Source: Patellaria atrata CBS 101060 (taxonomy: Eukaryota). Taken from it: DNA of 64,000 nt. The stretch's first letter is position 1. Every line of letters begins with the position of its first letter. The DNA is taken from NCBI GenBank assembly GCA_010093705.1, contig MU006089.1, forward strand, positions 1,490,455 to 1,554,454, written 5' to 3'. The position numbers and the translations under genes are program-made. The notes under the pieces are model-generated. The model had not been told where the DNA came from and ran no database searches. It saw nothing but the letters and a program-made list of their open reading frames with translations. Positions 1 through 13,099 of the stretch are shown piece after piece.

Positions 1-448
1 TGAAGCGCGCATCTAGCACTTGAGACCGGAACACTTTTTAAACGTGCTGAACTGAATCGCAATTGAGGATTGATTGATTTTCACAGGTTATCGTGCAAGA
101 GTGAACGCCCACGCATGTAGATAGAATTGTTCGTTTGACTCCTACCTATGCACAAAGGTTAATAATAATGAGTAACAAGTTTGTAGTCATGAGCTGCCCA
201 AGAGCTGAGTTGAGGATGCTTTGGGCTCGCGGCGAATTTTTTGTCTTACTGTAGCCGACAGACGTTCGATTTTGAGCCTCCCCCATACATTACCTTACTT
301 ACTCAGACCCTAATAAGGCGAACCACCTCACGTCCACCGTTAAACGTTCACCCTCTCCGCCATCATTCCTCCTCGCCATCGTCCTCCTCGTCCCTTTGCA
401 CAAACCTCCCCTTCCATCTGCTGCGAGTCCGATGGGATAGCTGTCTAG

Positions 449-3400
449 ATGAGCTCTAGTCAGCAGCCAAGCGGACATCGTCGTGGCTTGATTTCTCCAA
501 TCTCTACCGCGTTCAACAACTCGAACTCGAATAGATCTACCACCTCCACCAACAGTCCTTCCCGTAACACCTTCTCGCCCACTAATTCAAACTTTCCACA
601 GTTTCCTCAGCCTTCGTCCCGGACTATTGCAAGTCGCAATTCCTCTGCCTCCTCCACCTCCACACCCTTCTCCCCTTCGCATTCAGGATCACAGCAGCTA
701 CCTCAAAACTCGCTGCTGTCGTCCGTAAGAGCTAGAAACATAGCGCCCTCCTCGCAAACGTCACTTGGTTCCTCCGCCGCGGCTTTGCCTTCAACGTCGC
801 AAGGAGGTGGTCCTGCGAGCGGAGCTGGCGGCGGAGGGGCCACAAGACTGGCACGCGCATCACCCTCACTCTCTCAATCAAGCGGTGTCGGGTCACCTAA
901 CCCCGTGAACAACTTGACGTCTGCTCCACCCGGTCAATCGCTATCCAAAATTGTCATAGCTCAAGTCTTCTTACTTCTAAGCTCGATGAAGGAGGATAAG
1001 GATAAAATGAAGTGGGACGGTCAGGCCGATCAAATCAGAAAGGTCAGTAATAAGTCTTTGCGTCGATTGGCTACTGTCGTGCGAAACTAACATTTGCATC
1101 TAATAGCTCATTGACTCTAACGGTATGGAGGTTTTCTCAAAGTACTTCCGCCGGTTGTTGCAAAGCAATGCGGCGCAGATATTTGGCACCTCTAGAAGTG
1201 CTGAGAGTACAGGAAACTACCAAATGCTGGTGGGTGAAATGCAAAAGATCACTCAAAATCCAGAGCAAGCCTACAAGATTGCGGAATCCATCGACACGCC
1301 TGAGGGCGATCTTTTTCGCGACTTTGATCTTTCGGCTTTCATGGAACATTTCAAACTGGATTCTGTTGCCAAGGCTACTCTTGCGCTAGCTTGTAAGTCC
1401 GCATCGAAGTCTGACCTGAGAACCAAAGGTGAGCGTGCCCTGCTCTGATTCACAACCGTTCGTTTGTTAACGCTAAGAAAGCCGACGCCATTCTTTCAAA
1501 CAATATTCAGAGCTTCATAAGTATTATGCAGCGACCAAGTTTAGGCGCCGATGACGAAGTACCTCCAGCATTTCTTGTCCCACTTCTAGATCGGCTTTTC
1601 CAAGACCCACCCCGAAATTGGAGCGAAGACGTAAGGGAAAAGCTATCTCAAGCCGTCCGGCTACGTTACGCGAAAATGCACATACCGATACCCCCTGAAG
1701 TGTCTGCTACATTGCATCTCGGCGAGCTTCTTGGACCACATAACCCTCTCGTCAAACTAGTGCAGCGTGCAGGCCAACGGGCGACTTCAAGTCTGGAAAC
1801 TTGCAAAGAAATGCTAGCTACCGCGGAACTGCGGGATATTAGTTATCAACAGGTCGCAAGCGTGCTATTATTCATGGTCATCACGGAGAATGGGCAAGCG
1901 TACAATCCTACACACTTTGTGTCAGCTTTAAGGGAACACCGCGCAGGTCAGCGCCTGGATTGGCAAGACGTCGTTCACGCTTTTGACCGGAAGGGTTTAC
2001 GCGTGACCAAAGATCAATTTCTATCTCTGTACAACGCCTTGCTTCCTTTAGCGCGGGAGTACGAAAATTTCGACATCCAGTTGCTTTGGGGAGGATCTTG
2101 GGCTAATGAGGAAACCCAGTTATCATTTGCAGTTGCATACCTCTCGTGCAATTCGGACGAGCTTGATGTTTCGGGAATTCCGAGATTAAGGAAAGCTTTC
2201 ACGGTTAACGACTTTGAAGATGCTAGGGAAGATGTCCGAGACTATGTTACCCGCGCTGTACTCCATCCTCTCATATCCTTGGATGCTGTTACGGCACTAT
2301 TTAAAATAATTTTCAAGTCGCAAGAAACTTACGGCGTTGCGCAAAGTCTTGAAATTCCGAAAACCGTTATCAACGCAAATACTGACATATTCATTGTCTC
2401 AGCATCCGCAGTTCCAAAACCCTGGCTCGGTATACAAGAGCAAGCTTTACGACAACTATTCTGGCCATTCTTATCCAAAAGCTTGCCAAATTACGATTTT
2501 GTCCTCTATGGACTTTGGAAACAGAATAGCCTGTGGTTGGCAGATCGACTCACCGAAGCGTATCAACTAAACCCCTTGAACCTCCTGAAAATATTCGAAC
2601 ATGCCGAAACCCATGGGTGGCTAGACCCTTTTATCCGTCTGAATAGTGGGATGAGTCTCGATCTGGCAGCTTTAGCCCATGGCCGCGGCGTGTTCGACAT
2701 TAAGGCTTGGGCAGAAGAAATGTTCCAGCAGCATCCCCACATATTTGCCGGTGTACTCTATAAATTTCTGGAGGGGAAAGCTGAAACCGATCTCAGTTCT
2801 CAACGCGAAAAGGTCCCCCCAAGTGTCGTTCCACTAACCGTCAAGACTGTTCATACCCTTGTTGAATGCCAACAAGGTCATCTGACAGATGAGCAACTCG
2901 TTCAGCTCCAACGCATCTGTATCCAGGCGTACCCACGTTTGATTAACTATGGCGAAGGTTTCGACGAAATCATCGACACAAATGGAAAAGATGGAAACGC
3001 AATTTCTGAGGATGCCGACGCGCAAATGCAGGAGCATTTCAAGAATATGTATAGTCAAGAAAGCGATGTCAAGGACATTATCGTCGCACTTCAAACATAC
3101 AAAAACTCGTCGGACCCTGCCGAGCAAGATCTCTTCGCGTGTATGATTCAAGGCCTTTTTGACGAGTATAGCTGCTTTGGGGAGTATCCTTTGGAGGCGC
3201 TGGCAACAACGGCTGTTTTATTCGGTGGGATTATCAATTTCAACCTCCTATCCCGCATAGCTCTCCAAGCAGGCTTGGCTATGGTTCTCGAATCCGTTCA
3301 ACTTTACAGCCCGGAAGATTCAATGTACAAATTTGGCCTTCAAGCACTACTCCACTTTCAAGGCCGATTACATGAATGGCCCGCGTTCTGCGATCGCCTA

Positions 3401-6400
3401 TTGAGAGTACCTGGGCTACATGGAACCGAGATCTGGCCGGTTGTAGAGAATGTAGTTCGTCGTCAACATGAGGGAGATCTAAATGGCGAGGCTCAGAATG
3501 GACCGCTTGGCCTTTCTAACGGCACTGTAGATGACTTTCTGGGTTCCAGCGAATCTCCGAATGTCAAGTTCACCTGCCTCCACGTTGACCCTCCGCTCTC
3601 GGATGATTATGAGGAGCCGGATGAGGAAGTTCAAGACAAGGTCTTATTTGTTTTGAACAACGTCTCCGAACGCAATATCAAAGACAAATTGAAAGACCTT
3701 AAAGAAGTACTGGAAGCGAAACACCACCAATGGTTTGCAACGTACCTTGTGGAAGAGCGTGCAAAGCTACAACCTAATTATCAACAACTCTATCTTGACC
3801 TGCTTCAACTCTTTGACGAAAAGGTGCTCTGGGCTGAGGTCCTTCGAGAAACATACGTCTCCGTGGTGCGAATGCTGAATGCTGAATCAACAATGAATTC
3901 AACCACAGAACGGAATCACTTGAAGAACCTGGGTGGCTGGCTTGGCTCCTTAACCATTGCTCGGGATAAACCTATTAAGTTCAAGAATATATCGTTCAAA
4001 GATCTTCTTGTCGAAGGGCACGACACGCAACGCCTCATAATCGTTATACCATTCACTTGCAAAGTGCTATTCTCGGTCACACAATCGACCATTTTCAAAC
4101 CACCGAATCCGTGGACCATGGAGGTTATCCGCATCTTGATTGAGCTCTATCATTTTGCCGACTTGAAACTTAATCAAAAATTCGAAATTGAGGTACTCTG
4201 TAAGGAGCTTGACCTGGACCATAATATGATAGAGCCCGCTCAGAGCATTCGATCCCGCCCTGTTCCAGAGGAGGAATTCCTGCCACCTGTACTTGGTGAG
4301 CACCTTGACGGATTTAACGATCTACCCATGGTCGGAATGAACCGTGCTAGAGGGCCTAACGAGCGGTTCTCACCTGCTGTAATCACGGCTGCTCTACCTG
4401 ATTTCAGTCAACAGCTGGTATTCCCTCCCTCAACTGGTTCGGCTAACGTCTTCACGCAGAACCGGTTAAGGCAGATCTTCCTCGCAGCCGCCCAGCAAGC
4501 CATCATGGAGATCATTGCCCCTGTTGTAGAACGCTCGGTCACTATCGCGGCAATTTCCACTGCCCAGGTCGTGCTCAAAGACTTCGCCTTTGAAGTTGAC
4601 GTCGAAAAACTCCAAAGGGCTGCTCACACAATGGTTAAATCCCTCGCCGGGAGTCTAGCGCTTGTAACCTGCAAAGAGCCTTTACGGATGAGTATAACTA
4701 ATAATATCCGAATCATGGGCCGTGATCCTGAAACAAATACTCAACTTATGCCAGAAGGACTGATACTGATGTTTGTCAATGACAATCTTGACAAGGTCTG
4801 CGGTTTAGTTGAACATGCAGCGGAGACCCAGTCGATTGCCGAGATCAACATGCAGCTCGAAGGAGCTATACGGGACCGAAAGATACACCTCGAAATGAGG
4901 CCTACCGAACCCTACATGGATCGCGAACCTGGTGTGAACCCATGGGCTATCAAAATCGCCGAACCGTACAAGCAAACACCTGGTGGGCTAAATCCCGAAC
5001 AGCTTGCTATTTATGAAGAGTTTGATCGGCCCAACCGGTCGATTCCTTCTCACCTGAACACTGCTTCTCAAGACAGTGGGAGGGTCTCAGACGTTCTACA
5101 AGAGCAGCTTCCCATTCACCTACAGACTCCCGCTGAAGCTCCTGCCGTACCCCGACAACCTACGATCCAGCAAAGGCTTCCAAATGCCCCTGCTAGCCAT
5201 GGTATACTCGGCCAACCTCAGATGAATGGTTACATCGAACCACATACATTGAACGATCGAGTCCAAGACCTTATCCATGAATTGCTACGTTTGTCAAAAG
5301 ACTCATCCGAGGAAAGTATAGAGGATCTAGCGCAGATTTCCCCAATTAGGGAGGTATTCGATCAGCTTGTGCACACTATTGATAATGCTGGCGCCCAAAA
5401 GGATCAATTATCCTTGTCGGCAGCAGTCAAGATTTGTGGCTTCATGTATTCCGAGACTGAGAGACAGATCGAAGCTGATGTCCTAGTACAGCTTCTCAGT
5501 CAACTTTGTCACTTATCCATACAGACCGCGAGGCAGGTTGTCACGTGGCTTGCAAATCTGGAAAATGACGACCGCGTGTTCAATGCTTTGGTCACGATGA
5601 GTTTGCTCTCTACCGGGCTTATGGATCTCCGCGGCCTCGATACCCTTATCACCAGAGCATTGCGGGAACGTCGTCATGCTGCAGTTGAGTTCTTGTCAAA
5701 TCTCATTGATTTGATGATTCTCAATGATCACCCAAGCGCCTTACGTGCCGACTTTGCTAGGTCTTACGAAGCCCTTACTCAATGGCTTGCTGAAGATCCA
5801 GAATTTGAGATCGGGAGAGAAACAATATCGAAAATCCAGCTACCGCAAGAGGGGATCACGCTACCAAGTCCCCCGTCGGTCGTTTCGCAAGACCAATTCG
5901 AATACATTTTTGAAGAATGGATTCATTTGCAACGCCTTGATGCTCCTCAGAAGGCCAACAGCTCTTTTGTTCGCCAACTATATCAGAAGAAGATTCTTAA
6001 ATCGCTTGAGGAGACGCTGACCTTCATGCGTGTTTGTACGGAAGCGTCTGTCGCAGCTTACGAGCAAGAAGCAACACTCTACGGTAATTTGGATGAAGCA
6101 TATGTGCACGTTGACGCTCTCGCGGAGCTCATCGTTTCTGTATCCTTGAGTCTGGATGAGCAGAAAGGGGTAGTGAAAACTGATAAGGCCGTTCATTTGG
6201 ATGCAATTCTTAGTGCCATAATTCTCACGCTCTGTGACCACCATCATAAACGCGTCGACCAGTTCAATCAGAAAGTCTTTTTCAGACTCTTCTCTTCTCT
6301 TATCTACGGATTACACATGCACCACGACGATCTTTCTGGCTTCCAAGACGACGTAATGATCGTCATTGGTAAAGCTCTTTTGGCCCTCCAGCCTTCTTAT

Positions 6401-7490
6401 TTCCCCGGCTTCTCTTTCGCTTGGTTAACACTTGTAGCTAACCGTATGTTCATGCCGGCCATGCTAAAATTGGCTGGTTCAACAGGCTGGGAGATGTACA
6501 GTCAGCTCATTGAGCTTGCATTAGCTCACGCAGGCGATCTAGTGAAGCCGGTGCATGTTACAGAAAGGGGCATAGACTTTTATCGTGGGGTTCTGAGAGT
6601 GCTTCTCGTAATCCACCATGATTTTCCGGAGTTTCTAGCAGAGAATCACTTCCGCCTGTGCAACGGCGTTCCGTCTCACTGTATACAACTCCGCAACCTA
6701 ATCGTGAGCGCGTATCCATCTACATACCCAGAATTACCAGATCCCTTTTCCGACGGATTGAAGGTTGATCGTCTAGAGGAGATCCGAAATGCTCCGATCA
6801 TCAGAGGAGATACTGAAGAGCCATTACGACGCATAGGTCTTATTCAGTCATTGGACCATATGTTGGAACACGGTGATATAAGCGACGGGCGTCTCGAGAA
6901 AATATGCCAGGCAGTCTACAACTCGCCACGCAACGAGACTGAGTTCGGTTTCGCTCCGGTTAAGGTAGACACCGTCCTTCTTCACTCTCTTGTGCTTTAC
7001 ATCGGAGAAAAGGCTATCTCTGCGGCGGGAAAAGGACCAATTTTCAACGTGAATAGTCCAGCAGCGAAGGTCCTTGAAAACTTGGTCAAGAAGTTCCGGC
7101 CCGAAGCTCGATATCACTTCATCTCGGCAATGGCAAATCAGCTTCGCTGGCCGAATAGTCACACCCACTATTTCACTTATGCTCTTCTTCATTTGTTTGG
7201 CTCGCCTACTGCCGACCAGGAAACTCTGGAAACAACACAACAAATTACCCGTGTTTTACTTGAGCGCCTGCTAGTTCACCGTCCTCACCCTTGGGGTCTC
7301 ATTATTACATTGCTAGAAGTGTTGAAGAATCCGGCATATCAGTTTTGGGACTTGCCGTTTATCAAGGCAGCACCAGAGGTAAGTTCTAGTAAAATGCGGT
7401 TCTACCATGTCACTGACGAATAACCAGATTGAGAGGTTATTCGGAGCCCTATTCACTCATATTAACCAAAGTCCTCGCCCTCTTGCTTAA
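449..7490 (+). CDS. NOT1: CCR4-NOT complex scaffold subunit Not1; exons 449-1042, 1107-1428, 1482-7378, 7428-7490
   Basis: 1965-aa ORF with Not1 motifs (LFACMIQGLFDEY..YPLEALATTAVLFGG, RSVTIA, NQLRWPNSHTHYF, HRPHPWGLIITLLE). GT-AG introns 1043-1106, 1429-1481 and 7379-7427 join the upstream ORFs and a final IERLF exon in frame. Confidence 0.97.
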
Positions 7491-8282
7491 TACGACGCTC
7501 TAAGAACCGAGATCAGCAACTTATGGATTTCCATGATGCACCACTTTTACTTTGCACGGTTGACAGAAAGACGGTCAATACAACCTATGTAATGGAGTTG
7601 AGATTTCAAAACAGGATCGTGGGCTACGTCAGATGTTAATCATTCTATTTGCACCCTACGGCTTTATAATATGTCCTCTTTCTAGAGCACTTGAATGCAT
7701 TTGCGGGCGGGAACTTGGCATGGAAATCGAGTCGGGACATTGAATCATTTATTTAACTTTACGCCTTCCCATACCTTACCCTTCATTTGTTAATGTTATG
7801 GTCCCGCTCGACTCTTCTCGTCTTCCTTTCTTCTACTTCACTGTCTCGTTCGTGAGGGTTAGGGGCTTTTAGTAGAGTGGCAAACGCTCTGGGGGACATG
7901 AGTTAAAAAAAAAAAGCGATGGCGCTTAGGTTCTAATTCGGAGTGTGTCGGTTCTTTACTCATCTAGTGTGGGGATCGTGATGGAGCCAATGTAGCATAT
8001 TCTCTCTTGGAAGATCGGTGGTGCGGGACATGCATATAGTGTAGGATAGGGATTACTTATGATTTTACTTTACTCTACTTAAGTCCCAAGTGTATATCCC
8101 AGATGACACGGACAGGACTGAAGCTTCCTGATCGGTGCTCACCGTAGTCGTGATGTAGGAGTCACGTGCGATCGTCTCTTCTTCGTGAACCTGACGAACG
8201 GCGTTCAAAATTCCTCCCACTTGATATTCCTTGATCGATTCCTTCAACCACAAAATCATTCCACTTCTTCATATGCAGTATC

Positions 8283-9718
8283 ATGTCACAAACACAAAAC
8301 AAAGCGCACCGTCGCTTGCAACCCATCACTTCTCCATGTAATGGAGGTGATATCACTATTGAGGCACTCCCTGATGAACTTCCGGAGCGGATTTTCAGTT
8401 ATTTAACCGTTTGGAAGAAAACATACATTAATCTCATTGATGCGACAATTGCGAGATTTGAGGGCAGGCGCGATCTATTCCATTTAACTTTTATCTCACG
8501 TCGCTTCCAGCCATTAGCAGAACGACTGCTATATCGGGTCCTCAACTTTCCAACACTGTTTCCACCCTTCAACGATTATTGCTTACGCTCTCCAAACACC
8601 CCGAAGTCTGTGGCTTAATAGATACCATTCATATTGAGCATGATAACGCACATTTCGGATGTCAACATATCATGACTACAGAGTTGAAAGGGTCGTTCGT
8701 GGAAGCGATTCGTAAGATGCCTAAGAAACATAGCTCACCTTTCGAAGCTCCCCAATAGGTCCCAAACGATCAAAAACAAGGAGACTGATGCTATGATTGC
8801 ACTGCTGACTGCGTGGACCGTTCCATTATCGCACATCGGATTACGAGCCGGCGACTATAGGTTCGAGAATAAATTTGACATTTTGTCTTCAATTTTTCAA
8901 AGCATATGTGCCGATTCGACATCCGCGGAATTCAAGACACTTCGCCTTGAAATAAGCTGTAAAGGAATCAACGGAGTGAATTTAGCGTTGCCATCTACAC
9001 TTGAACGCTTCGAAAGTAGTTGCGACGACAACAGCGTTCTATAGCTGACCCGGCAGGCCCCAAAACTTCCCATGCTTCTCAGGCGGATATATTTGTCTTC
9101 CGTCAAATTCGAACTTACGCAGATCTGTGACGTCTTGAAAGCATCAAGCACGTTGGAGAAAATATAGTCCATATAAGTTGACCTAGTTGATCAAGATAAT
9201 CACCTCCGGTTGAAGGAATTATACGATGCCATTCTACCTTCACGTTCTACCCTGAGGGAGTTCTGCGCCGATTGGATTCCTGGGGATCCTACACCAGTAG
9301 GTTCTTTCGGCTCGTTCAAACAATTCCCGAAACTGGCAAGATTTAAGATTGATTGGCTTAAAATCGGATTCTGGGAAGTGGGTGAGGTAGAGGAGAAATC
9401 TGTCTTTGACTTTTGCTTCCATCCCTGCAAAATATCAAGTTCAAATTTTCTAGTCAATACTTAACAGAATCTAGTTGCGAATATTCCCTAAAGGACCTGG
9501 TAACACGACGGATTACTGGCGAGTTTTTAGAGCTCATCGAGGTAACAATATATCTAACAGAGGATAGTATCGACGAAGATATTCTATCGAGACTCAGAAA
9601 TGAAGCTGAGAAAGCGGAGATCAGCCTCCAACTGGATCACCTGTGGGGTGCGTCGGCTCATTCAGATTCAGATTCAGGGATAGAAGGGGAATGGGACTCG
9701 GATGAATTGGAGCGGTGA
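8283..9718 (+). pseudogene. Decayed F-box/LRR-like gene broken by frameshifts and stops
   Basis: N-terminal F-box-like motif IEALPDELPERIFSYL...LTFISRRFQPLAERLLYR, followed by collinear protein-like fragments in different frames (8793-9044, 9210-9464, 9413-9718; GSFKQFPKLARFKID, LPSLQNIKF). I saw no convincing introns linking them. Confidence 0.6.
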
Positions 9719-10423
9719 GACACGCATGATATGGGCCTCTGGGACTCAAATGACTTGTGGGAAGGAGAAGGATATGAATACGACTAAGAATCAGAGCAGT
9801 ATTATTCATTGTATGATGCCTAGGGATCACTCCTTCGGATGAGGAAATGACGGGTAGTTAAGGGTAATACTCGCCGTTTAGCACTGATGTTAGATTCTTC
9901 TACTATTGTATTCCCCTAGGTACTATATAAATTGTATTGCAATGTTGATTCTTGAACAGATTTCTCTCCGATCAATGTGCGTGGCTGGGCATATCCCAAG
10001 CTTTCAGAATCCACTTAATGTACGATTGACAGGACGCTATAAATTCCGCAAACACGGTTTCCACGCTCTCAACTTACTCTATAGAGAAACACACGACCAC
10101 GGTTGTTCAATCGTTTCCCAGCCCGTTGACAGAGTCCAGCCTTAAGATTTTGACCGATAATGAATCCGACTACGCAGCAGCACCCGTCAATATATAAGGC
10201 TATAATTTCTTACTACTCTTTTCGACCAGTTCCCGCCTTGAATTCTCTCCCAAACATCTTGATCACACTGTACGAGCAATTGACCGAGTTTAGAGTTGGG
10301 TCTGTACAAACTCGACTTTCGCACTGTCCAGTTCACACGCCAAACCCCCTTTCCAAATTCACATCAAACACCCGTACAAAGCTCTCCTACCGCGTTACCA
10401 CTTTGACAATCACCACGGTCAGA

Positions 10424-11356
10424 ATGTCGTCCAAAGACCAACTCGCTCGTAGCGACAGCGCCACATCTATATCCTCCTGTACAGTTGAACCACTTTCCCA
10501 GCCATCCCTCTCTTTACCCTTAGACCCCTACACTCCCGCATCAAACCCCAAAGCACTCGGTACATTCGCCTTACTACGCAGTAATTATTCTGCACAGCGT
10601 ATTCTTCCTGTACGCACACCTTTCACAAGCGATACCCTACCACATCGGAACTCCAGCCCAACACTTCCGACAGAAAGGAAGTACACGCCTCCTACATCCT
10701 CTTCCGACTACTACAACGTCCCCATTGAGGAGGATATCGCCCGGCTCAAACGTTTCATAGTCTGGCACCTCTGTACAGACTACTACGTCCCTGTTCCGCC
10801 GGCATATGGACTATCACCCGCGGACGTGGACTACTTCCTCACTCAGCCCTTTCCGCTACGCGCCGCTGCCACCGTTTTTAATGAGACGAGGTACGATACG
10901 AGTACCCGCCCTTCGAGTCCGGGTCCAGATTTACACCTTCAGCTCGCGCGTACGGCGGAGGCGCTAGGGGTGAAACCTGCGGTCGTATTGGGCATGATTT
11001 CCAATTTCAAGGCCGGTTTAACCCCGTTCAGTGCTGATGTAGTGAGAATGGCGTATTCTGGCGTGGTGGAGAAACTCCTGTGGGGGAACGACTGGGGTAC
11101 GTTGGCGAGGAAGGTGTATGTTGATCGAACAGTGGTGATTCCTGCAGTTTTGACGGGGGAAGGGGAGAGGGAGTTAAGGGAGAAGTTGGCGAAAGAGGCG
11201 TTGGGGGTGCAGTGGAGGTGGTTTGAGGAGAGGCGGGAGGGTTTGGTGTTGAAGAGGAGGGTTGGGGAGAGGTGTATCGAAGTGAAGAAGGGTTGGTTAG
11301 GGGGATTGAGGATGGGAGTCAAGAGAGTTTTACGGAAGATGAACGGAAAGTCGTAG
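10424..11356 (+). CDS. Hypothetical protein, intronless; likely start at MSSKDQ (10424) within ORF 10160-11356
   Basis: Long ORF with a coding-like composition gradient; no family recognised. Confidence 0.6.
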   Translation: MSSKDQLARSDSATSISSCTVEPLSQPSLSLPLDPYTPASNPKALGTFALLRSNYSAQRILPVRTPFTSDTLPHRNSSPTLPTERKYTPPTSSSDYYNVPIEEDIARLKRFIVWHLCTDYYVPVPPAYGLSPADVDYFLTQPFPLRAAATVFNETRYDTSTRPSSPGPDLHLQLARTAEALGVKPAVVLGMISNFKAGLTPFSADVVRMAYSGVVEKLLWGNDWGTLARKVYVDRTVVIPAVLTGEGERELREKLAKEALGVQWRWFEERREGLVLKRRVGERCIEVKKGWLGGLRMGVKRVLRKMNGKS

Positions 11357-11685
11357 GGAATTGTGGGTGGGTAAAAGTTCATGTATTGGAAGGGCCTAAA
11401 GGTTATTCATGGTCGATACCATGTTTTAGCGTACGGTGTTTTAAGAGTTATGCATTCCGGAGGGGGTTGCACCACAGCAGTTCTCTGCCGATATTGCTAT
11501 ACGGCTTTAGCAAGTGAACATCTTTTTAATTTCAATCAGAGATTACTATTCTGAGCACCGTTTCTCCTCGATTTTGCGTACTTGTGCTGCATGGGGACTA
11601 TTACAGCGAGTCTGTCGAGGTGAGGATGCTCCTGTATCATGTAATATCATCCTCTATCATTATCTATCGTCATCTGGGTAGCTCA

Positions 11686-12753
11686 TCATAGACCACCTTC
11701 TTCATCCTGGGTTAGAGTATCCGGAATCGGACTAACACCATCGTTCTCTTCCTGCCTTCCCGCAAGAAACTGTTGCATACTCTCCAAAAATTTATCTGCC
11801 CTCTTCCGTGTTGCCTTTGCAATGATCAGCTTCCTTCTCTCCGCGATCTCCCTCTTCCTCTCTTCTTTCTTTTGTTCCCTTTCCTTCCTAGCACGCTCCG
11901 TTTCAACTCTCTCTTTCTCGAGATTCTCCATCTCCTTCTTCCTTATCTCGGCATCCCCACTGAATTGGAAGAAACCTACACCTTTCGTGCGGACTTCTTT
12001 CCCGCTGTCAAAATGCTCTTCTCTAGGTGGCGTAGCTTCCCTGTCCCTCTTCTTCGCCAACTCCTCCATCTGCCTGGCAATATTATCATCCGGATTGAAA
12101 GCACCCGATTGAATAGTATCTCCAAAGATGACGTTCTGTGGTGCCGTCGGCCTCGCCGTAAACCTATCCGCCTCATCTACAGCTACCTTCTTCTTCCTCT
12201 CTTCCCTTACCGCCTCCGCCTTGGTCCCCTTCCTTGTTCTTCCAAACTCATCAGTATACTCTACAAAGTCCTCATCGCCTTCATCGTCCTCCCCATCGTC
12301 AGATGATGTATCCTGTCTAGCTTCCTGCTTTTCTGCCCACTTCCGGTCAAAGTCGACCGCATACTTCTCGTCCACATCCTCTACGTCGCCTCTCTTCATC
12401 GCGGCGTACAATCGCGCTTTCTCCTCCATCTTACGTTTTGAACGGTGCCATGTGACATCGTCGAGCGCTTCGGAAGAAGTGCTGTGTTTCTGCACAGTAT
12501 AGTCTGAGCCCTCCAGATCTTTGAGAGCTCGCTTGCGCGCGTTCTTGTTATGTGTGGCGAAGATATCTTCCTTTTTGGCACGCGGACGACCACTAGTTGG
12601 AGTGGGCCCGGAGCGCAGGGAGGAAGCAGATGAGGACGCGATTAGAGAGGAGAGCTGCGAGGTGAAGGATAGGGTAGTGGAAGAGGAAATTTCCTTTTTA
12701 GAAGCGTCCTTTGGCCGGGGGATCCCATAGAGGGAGGAGTCTTTCGTCGTCAT
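11686..12753 (-). CDS. CCDC174-like (DUF4078-type) coiled-coil protein
   Basis: 355-aa ORF with MEEKARLYAAMKRG, VEYTDEFGRTR and HFDSGKEVRTKGVGFFQFS motifs characteristic of this family. Confidence 0.8.
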   Translation of the reverse strand: MTTKDSSLYGIPRPKDASKKEISSSTTLSFTSQLSSLIASSSASSLRSGPTPTSGRPRAKKEDIFATHNKNARKRALKDLEGSDYTVQKHSTSSEALDDVTWHRSKRKMEEKARLYAAMKRGDVEDVDEKYAVDFDRKWAEKQEARQDTSSDDGEDDEGDEDFVEYTDEFGRTRKGTKAEAVREERKKKVAVDEADRFTARPTAPQNVIFGDTIQSGAFNPDDNIARQMEELAKKRDREATPPREEHFDSGKEVRTKGVGFFQFSGDAEIRKKEMENLEKERVETERARKEREQKKEERKREIAERRKLIIAKATRKRADKFLESMQQFLAGRQEENDGVSPIPDTLTQDEEGGL

Positions 12754-13099
12754 CGAAATTGATGTTGAAGTAGTAGTATGGGATTAGTAGGTTACGTTGA
12801 GGAAGAGTAGTCGATCATCTTCCGCTGTGGGAAGATTGTTGTTGAGCACATGTGAGGTTGAGGGGAACGTCACTCCGATCTTTCCCCGATGTTCGTTGCT
12901 GAGTCGCTCCAAGATTCCATCTCCATCGCGGGGTCACGAGAAAAATTATAATCTGCTATTGTGACTGCAATTGACTTTTTTCCCGTCTGAATGGTCTTTT
13001 ATTGGAATGGCAATTGATAGCTGAAATCGATATCTTTCTTGCATTGCAGATTCTCCTTAATCTTAACGTCAATACTATATCAGACACTCGAGTACCACA

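Noticed and set aside
7855..7866. GGGTTAGGG telomere-like word, considered as a telomerase RNA template or interstitial telomere
   Set aside because: Single short occurrence downstream of NOT1; no tandem array or other supporting structure.
11773..12730. Long antisense ORFs over the CCDC174-like gene (and similar ones over eIF3c, SCH9, AIM21)
   Set aside because: Shadows of biased codon usage on the real coding strand.
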